Below the pieces are notes generated by a model. That model made no database searches. It saw only the letters and a program-made list of their open reading frames with translations, and was not told where the DNA came from. Positions 56,770-64,000 of a stretch of 64,000 nt of DNA are shown here, in pieces; positions within the stretch are counted from its first letter, which is position 1, and the number at the start of each line of letters is the position of its first letter. Position numbers and translations under genes: made by a program. Source of the stretch: a candidate division WOR-3 bacterium (lineage in GTDB: Bacteria; Hydrothermota; Tepidihabitantia; B3-TA06); the NCBI GenBank assembly GCA_965649265.1, contig CBFGKC010000003.1:51776-115775 (forward strand), read 5' to 3'.

Positions 56770-57294
56770 ATGCATTTCAAGACTGCGAATGAAGTTTTTA
56801 CTGACATGAAGTCGCAGCTTAATACCGAAGCGCCGCAGATCACGAACTGGACTACGCGGGGTGTTGTGCGTTCCATCCTCACCGTAGTCGCTGCGGCAAT
56901 ATCCATGCTTTGGGACAGGTTAAAGCTTCTCTACCTCGATCTATGGGCGCAGTATTCGGACAGGGCGACGCTCAGGCGTTATTATGAACTCTGGGGACTC
57001 ACCTGGTCGAACGATCTCGACACCGAAACCGCTCGATCGGTCGTGCTCGCGAAATACAGGGAAAAAGGAAAAGGGACGAAGGCCTGGTATCGGGCGGTCG
57101 TGCTTTCCGAATTTAAGGATTCCGTGACCGAGGCAGTTGTGATCCTCCGCGTTCGCGGACCTAATACGGTGGACGTTACCGTTTCGTCCAACGGCGGCGC
57201 CGTCTACGAGGATACGATAGATGCGATCCAGGACTTCTTTGAGCAAGAAGAAAATAATGTAGCAGGCGTGGAAGTGCTGGTGAAGAGCGTATGA
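56770..57294 (+). CDS. baseplate J-like protein (short)
   Basis: ITNW...GVVRSIL, GT...Y, RGPNTVDV; ATG 56770 after GGAGG. Confidence 0.75.
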   Translation: MHFKTANEVFTDMKSQLNTEAPQITNWTTRGVVRSILTVVAAAISMLWDRLKLLYLDLWAQYSDRATLRRYYELWGLTWSNDLDTETARSVVLAKYREKGKGTKAWYRAVVLSEFKDSVTEAVVILRVRGPNTVDVTVSSNGGAVYEDTIDAIQDFFEQEENNVAGVEVLVKSV

Positions 57295-57908
57295 GTCGCT
57301 TTCAGTTCTCCTTCGATATCCTCACGGACAGAAAGACATTCAGGGATCTCCGTGAGGAGAGTCCCTTACGGAAACTCCTCGAGGCCGTCCGCTCAGAACT
57401 TGCCGGAAGAGACGGCGCCACTCTTGAATTCGTGCCTCACGGTCTCAATGCTCTCTACGATTCAGCATTCATAAACACCGCGTCGAGCGACGAACTCGAT
57501 CGCTGGGGGACGACTCTCGACCTTCCCCGCAGCGCCTCGGAGACGGATTTGGCCTATCGTTCGCGGCTTCTTTCGGAGCTTAGGGATTTTACCTCGTGCA
57601 TCACCGTCGACGCCCTGGCCGACGCGGTAGAGGTCATAACTTCGGAAAGACCGGAGATCGTCGACGTTCACACTTTGGCCCCGGACTGGCCCCTGGAATG
57701 GTGGGAGAACGTCGGAGCGGCGAACGTATCCTGGTGCGACTGGTTTAACCTTGCCGACTTTCTGCTCATTCTGGACTCTGCACCCTCGCAGTCCGAACTG
57801 AATCAGATCGCGGCCAAAATGGAAGAGTTGAAATTAGCGCCTACCCGGTGTCTCGTGGTTACCGAGAACCCCGGAGGCTATTATGAACTCAAGAAATTAG
57901 TTGAATAG
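57291..57908 (+). CDS. baseplate wedge (gpI / Mu gp48-like)
   Basis: TA...LDRWG..L.LPR...ETD..YR.RL. Confidence 0.75.
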   Translation: MSRFQFSFDILTDRKTFRDLREESPLRKLLEAVRSELAGRDGATLEFVPHGLNALYDSAFINTASSDELDRWGTTLDLPRSASETDLAYRSRLLSELRDFTSCITVDALADAVEVITSERPEIVDVHTLAPDWPLEWWENVGAANVSWCDWFNLADFLLILDSAPSQSELNQIAAKMEELKLAPTRCLVVTENPGGYYELKKLVE

Positions 57909-57916
57909 GAGTATAC

Positions 57917-59929
57917 ATGGGAACAAGATTCAACCGCAACGACGCGAACGTGCCCGACGACCGGCTTTTCGCTTCGGACTTCATAACCGACCAGAATGCC
58001 CAGGATGTCGATCTCTTACAGATCGCAAAAGATTTCGGCTGCCTGCCCTGTCTTGGAACCGGACTCGAAGTCACGGAAAAGAGCGCGTCGGAACATAAGG
58101 TTCAAATCTCTGCTGGCTGGTCTTACGATAAGGACGGTCACCGCATCACGGTAGAGACTGCCCAGGAAGCCGTACTGATCACATGGGACGGAACGACCAA
58201 TTACGTAAGGATCGCCTATACGTCGACGACCGATACCTCACGTCCGGCGCATAGAACCGGCGTTTCTTATCCTACACTCAAGAAGGATTCCTTCACGATA
58301 ACGATTTCGACAGCTACGCCAGGATTAGACGACATCGTACTCGCTACGATCAGACAAAATGGGACCGATCCAATGTCGCTTTCCGTCTCGGAACGTATCA
58401 CCCGCACGTGCAAGCTCGTTCCTCAGTCTTCCGTGCCGGCCGTAGCCGCAGAAGAAGGCACAGGAACCGGAGCCGAACCGCCTCCTCCGGGCCAGCAGAA
58501 CCAACTCCCTGACCTTCCGAAGGGTCGAACCATCCCAATGCCTGTCATCCTTTCGGGCACTCGAAACGGTGTGGCCTGGAACGGCATCGAAACCGTAATG
58601 CCCGAAGAACTCGGACGCACTACCGCCGCCATCAACGCCTTGACTCTTGAGCGCGTGAATTTAAAGTCCGGAACCCCTCTCGCGGACGTCAAGGTCTGGA
58701 TAGGCGATTGGGGCACCGGACAGCGCAGCGGTACGACGGGACAGGAGAAAAGATGCGTCTTTTCCATGCCTACTAAATCCGGTGTATCGGCATGGGACGA
58801 CCATTTGTGGATAAGCGATCCACCCGGGGCAAGCAAGTATTTTCTGATCAAGCACGACGAAAGCTGGTACTCTCTCATCACGGACTCCGGAAGTAACTGG
58901 ATAGAGTGCGTGGACGACGTCCCTTCGGGAGCCGCAGCGGAATACTACGTTTGCCCCTATGCCGAAAAATATCGAGTCGAAGCGATACCTTACGAAACGG
59001 ATTCGGTACTCAGGGTTGCCGATTTCAAGGGAACGGTTTTCGTTCCCCGCAGGGCTTCGCCGGCCGCGCCTCTCGTGGTCGTCCAGAATCTCAATCTCGG
59101 CGGCAAGTACAAGCTTCAGGCCGCCTCCATGATAACGGGCGACAACTTCACCAAGTACGCCGAAGCCGATTTCGTGGTCGGGTCTGACCTCCTCTTGTGC
59201 TGGGAGCCTGAGACCGAAGAAGTCGCAGTGAACCCCGTCGACGGAGGAGTCGAACTCGTCATCCCTGCTCCTGGGACGAGCAAGCCCGACCCTGAGGCTT
59301 ACGAAATATGCTACACCTACGGAACGGATTCGACGTCCGATCCGGCCACCCCAGACTTCTCCAATTCCGAACACCCCACGATTCGATCCAAGGAACGCAA
59401 AATGAAGCTCGACGTACCACCCGGCCGCAAGGTGAACGTCAAGGTTCGCGCCGTACGCTCACGAATGGTCATGCGCTGTACGGGCATGGATAAGGTGCTG
59501 TCCCTGGTCGGGACTCGCGCCGGCGGCGTTTCCCTTCGCCGCAATCGCAAGACCTTCTCGAATCACTTCATAGTGACCTCCCTGGCTGCTTCGGCCACCA
59601 AAACGGTCGACATTCAAAAACTCCCGAATCCCATCTGGCCGGAATCCATATCACTCTTCAATCCAACCGACGCGGCACAGACGAATTTAGAGGTCTACGT
59701 TCACGGCTCCAATCAGGCTTTCGACGCCGGACGCAAGATACAAATAGGGACGGGCGGCGAGGCCTCGACGATAGACGCGAGGGGCTGGGTCGAAAAGGCT
59801 ATCTCCGATTTCCGGATCACCGACCCCGCCATGAAGGTCACCTTGAAGAACATCGCCACGAGTCCTCAGACTCTCGAATTGAATTACACGGTTCAGTATC
59901 GGGAAGACTCAGATACCGAACTCAACTGA
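57917..59929 (+). CDS. tail fibre / baseplate attachment protein
   Basis: N-terminal GLEV...V.ISAG..YD.DG.RI; FN3/Ig-like beta domains. Confidence 0.65.
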   Translation: MGTRFNRNDANVPDDRLFASDFITDQNAQDVDLLQIAKDFGCLPCLGTGLEVTEKSASEHKVQISAGWSYDKDGHRITVETAQEAVLITWDGTTNYVRIAYTSTTDTSRPAHRTGVSYPTLKKDSFTITISTATPGLDDIVLATIRQNGTDPMSLSVSERITRTCKLVPQSSVPAVAAEEGTGTGAEPPPPGQQNQLPDLPKGRTIPMPVILSGTRNGVAWNGIETVMPEELGRTTAAINALTLERVNLKSGTPLADVKVWIGDWGTGQRSGTTGQEKRCVFSMPTKSGVSAWDDHLWISDPPGASKYFLIKHDESWYSLITDSGSNWIECVDDVPSGAAAEYYVCPYAEKYRVEAIPYETDSVLRVADFKGTVFVPRRASPAAPLVVVQNLNLGGKYKLQAASMITGDNFTKYAEADFVVGSDLLLCWEPETEEVAVNPVDGGVELVIPAPGTSKPDPEAYEICYTYGTDSTSDPATPDFSNSEHPTIRSKERKMKLDVPPGRKVNVKVRAVRSRMVMRCTGMDKVLSLVGTRAGGVSLRRNRKTFSNHFIVTSLAASATKTVDIQKLPNPIWPESISLFNPTDAAQTNLEVYVHGSNQAFDAGRKIQIGTGGEASTIDARGWVEKAISDFRITDPAMKVTLKNIATSPQTLELNYTVQYREDSDTELN

Positions 59930-59940
59930 AAGGAAACATC

Positions 59941-61146
59941 ATGGAAACGATCAGCACACGCTCCGTAGAAGTGATTAGAGTCGGAACCATCGGTCTCGAA
60001 ACGAACTATCCAGGAAAGCAAGTCGTTCGCCTTCGCGATCTCTCTACGCTCTACGAAGGGGGACCTCTCAAGGGACTTTCCTCCGCTTTCGAACTCGCCG
60101 AGAAATGCAGGACGGGTAAATCCTTCGAGGTCCCAGGGTCGAAGGACGATGAAGGAAACGACCTTGTGAAACCCTGGCAATGCGAGATCAAATCGCCAGA
60201 AGTCCTCGACAATGCGGTAATAGCCCTCATAGAAGGCGTTCAGGACCTCTTCACGCGAATGAAGGGCAAGAGACTCTCGGGGATAAACGTCGAGATATGG
60301 GATCAGATTTCTGGCGCCTTCGTCGGCGTCACGAACACAGACAAGAACGGAACCTTGGTACTGCCCACCGACCGCCAGTTCGTGGAGGTGCTGCAGTGGA
60401 AACTCGCGGGCGGCGGCTACTCCGATTGTTTCAACGGCGAACGGGCAGCCGGCACTCCCGGACTCTTCTTTTACTTCCACTGCAACGAATACGGGGCATC
60501 GCAGATAGAGAGCTTTCAGGGCGTATCCGGACAGAAAGCCGTCTGGGACGGCGAGTGGCACCCATCCGGTTTCTTCTCGCGCCCCGCATTGAAATTCCGC
60601 AGCGGCCAGAACGATCTCGTCTTCATTGGCCTCGATCCCCAGGGACACCGTTCGTTCCAGTTCCTTTGGTACTGCAGCAGTACTAAAGAGAACTATACGA
60701 TCTTCAGCTACGCGCAAGGAAAAGGAGTGAGCACCACGCCCGGGTTCAGATTGGAGTTGAATTCCGGAGTGCTCAAAGCTCATGCCGGGACTGCGTCGGC
60801 CACCGGAACGACCACAATAGAATCCGAGAAATGGTATATGATCCAGGTGAACACGCGGACGATTCCGACAGGATACGACAATGTGAATAAAGTATTGCTC
60901 TTTTCCATGCAAATGGACGTTTATCTCGGCACTGCGTTGGAAGCGAGCGCGTCAAAGGACGACGTGGCCGCATCCGGCTTCGTGTACGGCGTCCTCTTCG
61001 GATGTGCCGAACGCGATGGCCTGGATGAGATACGGCACTTGAACCGCAATCTCGACGCGAGTGAAATTGCCAACTATGCGGCTTTCTTGAAGACTGGTCG
61101 CTATCCTGGCAAGAGCGACGGTGCCTTGGGAGTTCCCGGATGGTAA
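59941..61146 (+). CDS. putative receptor-binding protein with LamG/ConA-like C-terminal domain
   Basis: Y.H.NE, F..ALKF, SFQF.W, KWY.I, LDEIR..NR.L...EI. Confidence 0.6.
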   Translation: METISTRSVEVIRVGTIGLETNYPGKQVVRLRDLSTLYEGGPLKGLSSAFELAEKCRTGKSFEVPGSKDDEGNDLVKPWQCEIKSPEVLDNAVIALIEGVQDLFTRMKGKRLSGINVEIWDQISGAFVGVTNTDKNGTLVLPTDRQFVEVLQWKLAGGGYSDCFNGERAAGTPGLFFYFHCNEYGASQIESFQGVSGQKAVWDGEWHPSGFFSRPALKFRSGQNDLVFIGLDPQGHRSFQFLWYCSSTKENYTIFSYAQGKGVSTTPGFRLELNSGVLKAHAGTASATGTTTIESEKWYMIQVNTRTIPTGYDNVNKVLLFSMQMDVYLGTALEASASKDDVAASGFVYGVLFGCAERDGLDEIRHLNRNLDASEIANYAAFLKTGRYPGKSDGALGVPGW

Positions 61147-61236
61147 CGTTCAGGAGACCTTTATGCGCGATTTAGGTCGAAATAAACATTTGACAAATCC
61201 GGAATTTGAGTACAATATACTCATAAGGAGGAAGCG

Positions 61237-61833
61237 ATGACAAAAATAATTTTAATTTTATCCTTATCTTTCACTTTCGCGTTAGCGGCGCCCCTCGAAT
61301 TAGAGGGAGGTGCGCTTTACGTAGAAGCTTCCGATACGACCCTTACATTTGAGGCCCCGGATGATGGAGTAGTGTTTATTGGATGCGAAATTGGAGGATA
61401 TTCCTTGGGAGACGGGTTTTATCTTCTAATCGATCAAGACACGATTGCCCTTCCAGTTGGTGGGAATGCGAATGCAGCACAAGGAAGTACTATCGTATCG
61501 ATCTCCCCAGGAACGCATCACTTTCACATGATGTTTGCACCTTATGGTGGAACTCGGACTATTTCTTCATCCCGGATCTGGGTGCTCTTCTGGCCGAAGA
61601 AGACGGTTGCCGTAGCCGAGCCCGGCGAGCAGCCGGGGATTCCCCCTGTGGCCTTCCTTGCTTTGCTCTGCAGGGCAGGAACTCCTATTCAGGTATCCTT
61701 GCCCTCCTCGGCCGTGTACGACGCCTCAGGCAAGCTCGTAGAACGTCCTGGAGGGGAATGGATTCCTGCGTCGACAGGAACGTACTTCATCAAAGGCGAA
61801 AAACAAACCCAGAAGGTCGTCGTGGTGAAGTAG
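61237..61833 (+). CDS. secreted moron protein with T9SS-like C-terminal sorting domain
   Basis: Signal peptide; C-terminal VYDASGKLV...GTYFI...KVVVVK; TTGACA at 61190 and AGGAGG RBS. Confidence 0.7.
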   Translation: MTKIILILSLSFTFALAAPLELEGGALYVEASDTTLTFEAPDDGVVFIGCEIGGYSLGDGFYLLIDQDTIALPVGGNANAAQGSTIVSISPGTHHFHMMFAPYGGTRTISSSRIWVLFWPKKTVAVAEPGEQPGIPPVAFLALLCRAGTPIQVSLPSSAVYDASGKLVERPGGEWIPASTGTYFIKGEKQTQKVVVVK

Positions 61834-61853
61834 GAAGGGGTTAAGGAGGAGCG

Positions 61854-62642
61854 ATGAAGATCAGATTTGGATCGATCGGCAGCCTATTGATTCTAGGGGT
61901 TGGGGTCTTCGCATTCGATGCATGTATGAAATACATTAGGCCGGAAATAAAATGGTCGGCTGCGGAAATCTCTCTACCAGCCTACGAACCAGGGAATGAG
62001 ATAGTCAAACACCTCGCATATACTCTAAAATACGATGAGGAGTATGAACAAGCTGACTGGGTTGCTTACGAACTAACCGCAGAAGAGGCTCAAGGAACAT
62101 TATTGAGTGGGGGAAGTTTTGTAAAAGACCCGTTGGTTTCAACTGGCTCGGCACGTACAACAGACTATACAAATTCCGGCTATTCCAGAGGGCATCTAGC
62201 TCCGGCAGGTGACATGCAGTGGTCTAAAACGGCACTGAAAGAATCATATTACATGAGCAATGTAAGTCCTCAAAAGCAAGACTTCAACAACGGCTTATGG
62301 AAGGAACTAGAAGAGCAGGTAAGAACCTGGGCGATAGAAAACGGGGCGGTACTCGTAGTTGTTGGTCCCGTATTGAGAGAAGGCTTACCTACACTCAAGA
62401 ATAAAGGTATAGTTGCCATCCCTGAATATTTCTATAAGGTAATCATCGACGTCAGGGAGCCGGACTTCAAAGGTGTTGGGTATGTGTTCCCAAGCAGGGA
62501 ATCAGACCAACCATTAAGCGATTTTGTGGTAACGATTGACTCGGTCGAGGCTTTGACGGGAATAGATTTCTTCCCAGATTTGCCAGACTCGCTTGAAAGC
62601 AAAATAGAAGCCTCTAAGTCTTTTACGGGATTATTCCCGTAA
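61854..62642 (+). CDS. DNA/RNA non-specific endonuclease (NucA/EndoG family), exported or lipoprotein
   Basis: ADWVAYEL, SGYSRGHLAPAGD, SNVSPQ..FN.G.W..LE, IPEYFYK, VEALTGIDFF. Confidence 0.93.
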   Translation: MKIRFGSIGSLLILGVGVFAFDACMKYIRPEIKWSAAEISLPAYEPGNEIVKHLAYTLKYDEEYEQADWVAYELTAEEAQGTLLSGGSFVKDPLVSTGSARTTDYTNSGYSRGHLAPAGDMQWSKTALKESYYMSNVSPQKQDFNNGLWKELEEQVRTWAIENGAVLVVVGPVLREGLPTLKNKGIVAIPEYFYKVIIDVREPDFKGVGYVFPSRESDQPLSDFVVTIDSVEALTGIDFFPDLPDSLESKIEASKSFTGLFP

Positions 62643-62694
62643 AGAATTATGTTTGTAGTCTTGCCTTGAAGATGGGACACAAAAGGAGTTTGAA

Positions 62695-63312
62695 ATGGAT
62701 TTTTTTCATTTTTCGAATAACTCAGAATGGTTTGAACTAATAGCTCTTATCGTTGCATTAATCACGGCTGTAGCCACTTTTTTGATCGCAATATTCACCT
62801 ATCTCTCTGCACGTGCTTCGCGTCAAACAGCAAAAGAAGCACTTCAAATAACTATAGTCAAGGAACTTCTTGACGACTATAGAAACCCCTTGATGAGAAA
62901 GGCGATGGTGACCGTTGGCAAGTGGTATGATGATCATTGTCATGAAAAGAATTGGTCCGAGACTTTTGTTAACAGCATGAGAGAGAAAAAGTTAGGAAGG
63001 CAACAAGGCGAACTTATAACGTACGATGACTGTCGCAGAAGATTCAGTCATTACCTATATCGAATCCATGAATACTTTAAAGCAGGAGTACTGGATATTA
63101 ATAAAGTAAAAAGCACAGCGAGTGTTTCGGCAGTGGCATTTGCTGTATTCATAATAGAACATTTAGAGAAAGCTCTCAATTCTGCATATAATGTGGAGAT
63201 GTTTAAATTCTTCGACTCACTCTACACTGATGATCAACTCATGATGGATTATCGTTCTTTCCACAAATGCCCTCCAGTCAAAATTCGGCTCAAGACTTCT
63301 CACCGATCGTAA
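62695..63312 (+). CDS. hypothetical N-terminal TM protein (DUF4760-like)
   Basis: One N-terminal TM followed by a helical domain; AT-rich; AAGGAG RBS. Confidence 0.6.
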   Translation: MDFFHFSNNSEWFELIALIVALITAVATFLIAIFTYLSARASRQTAKEALQITIVKELLDDYRNPLMRKAMVTVGKWYDDHCHEKNWSETFVNSMREKKLGRQQGELITYDDCRRRFSHYLYRIHEYFKAGVLDINKVKSTASVSAVAFAVFIIEHLEKALNSAYNVEMFKFFDSLYTDDQLMMDYRSFHKCPPVKIRLKTSHRS

Positions 63313-63331
63313 TTGTTCGAGAAAGGGAACT

Positions 63332-64000
63332 ATGAAACAATTCGATGATTTCGGAGATGATCGAAACAGGGGGTTTTGTGTCTTTTGCGGAGGCAGTACC
63401 GAAACGCGTGATCATATACCTTCGAAGGTCTTTCTGGATGAACCTTATCCGGCTAATCTTCCGGTAGTTCCCGCGTGCCAATCATGTAACGAGAGCTTTT
63501 CTCTGGATGAGGAATACGTCGCATGTCTCATAGAATGTTCCTTGAGTGAATCTGTGAAACCGTATGAAGTCGGACGTGAGAAAATAAAACGTATTCTCGA
63601 AGAGAAACCCGCTCTCGTCTCGAAGTTATCTGTGACTCTTCAGGAAAGCTTGGTGGGAACGTTCCATTCTATAGAAGAGGAAAGAGTAAAAAGAATAATC
63701 TTGAAACTCGCCAGAGGGCACGCGGCCTTCGAATTGAGTGAACCGAAATTAGACGCCCCTGCAATGGTGACTTTCATACCATTCCCATCCATGTCCTCCT
63801 ATGCTTCGCAGAATTTCGAGACCCTTCCTAAATCATACCTTTGGCCGGAAGTGGGAAGTAGGGGAATGCAACGGATGACGCATAAAGGAGCTCCCGCTTG
63901 GATTGACGTCCAGTCGGGAAGATACCGCTACCTTGCATTCGTGAATCATGATGGTGAGACTATTCGGATTGTACTTAGTGAATATCTGGCAAGTGAGGTC
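63332..64000 (+). CDS. HNH endonuclease domain protein (3' partial, not in ORF track)
   Basis: MKQFDDFGDDRNRGFCVFCGGSTETRDHIPSK...VPACQSCN; frame open to the window end. Confidence 0.85.
   Translation, partial: MKQFDDFGDDRNRGFCVFCGGSTETRDHIPSKVFLDEPYPANLPVVPACQSCNESFSLDEEYVACLIECSLSESVKPYEVGREKIKRILEEKPALVSKLSVTLQESLVGTFHSIEEERVKRIILKLARGHAAFELSEPKLDAPAMVTFIPFPSMSSYASQNFETLPKSYLWPEVGSRGMQRMTHKGAPAWIDVQSGRYRYLAFVNHDGETIRIVLSEYLASEV

Larger units (their letters stand above)
21633..64000. mobile_element. Mu-like transposable prophage (myovirus); right end beyond the window
   Basis: DDE transposase, Gam, GemA, DUF935 portal, gp30/F, I protease, gp36, G, sheath/tube/baseplate; no tyrosine or serine integrase seen; TG-initiated end with repeats at 21633. 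Confidence 0.9.

Noticed and set aside
59893-60912. Long antisense ORFs over phage genes (also 25967..26812, 49723..50517, 54479..55246)
   Set aside because: Shadows of codon-biased sense genes; no RBS or recognisable domains
57917-61146. Gin-type invertible tail fibre segment
   Set aside because: No invertase and no inverted gix-like repeats or oppositely oriented fibre genes in the window
61147-61236. Prophage right end between tail genes and morons
   Set aside because: No inverted copy of the left-end motif (CATTTTACAT...ACA) and no TACAA directly after a terminal CA; the TACAA at 61211 follows GAG and looks like part of a -10 box
1-64000. CRISPR array, reverse transcriptase/DGR, rRNA, integron
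   Set aside because: No regularly spaced direct repeats, no YxDD RT ORF, no rRNA-like stretch and no attC pattern were seen by eye

Overview
Bacterial chromosomal window with two parts. (1) About 1-21.6 kb is host DNA. It holds two paralogous secreted proteins with T9SS/FlgD-like C-terminal sorting domains (suggesting an FCB/WOR-3-type host; inference), fhs, LRR and HEAT repeat proteins, divergent tRNA-Gly/tRNA-Pro, PlsC, an orphan histidine kinase, a circularly permuted GpmI, two tandem LepB, NlpC/P60, a TlpA redoxin and an MgdA-like GT2. Many of these genes appear leaderless behind TTGACA-N16-TAnnnT promoters. (2) From about 21,633 to beyond the window end is a Mu-like transposable myovirus prophage with an unusual layout. 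A central switch (double-HTH S24 repressor / Ner-like gene) separates two arms. The leftward arm carries Gam, a DDE transposase, a Walker-A-degenerate MuB-like ATPase, GemA, a minimal PolX, a putative initiator plus DnaC/IstB-like ATPase, portal, lysis genes, terminase and a Dam-like methylase. The rightward arm carries protease, capsid, tail and baseplate. Morons sit at both ends: a HEPN-like/NB-ARC/TPR STAND protein on the left; a T9SS-type cargo, a non-specific nuclease and an HNH protein on the right. The right phage end is not in the window. All protein calls come from motif recognition by eye, without database searches.
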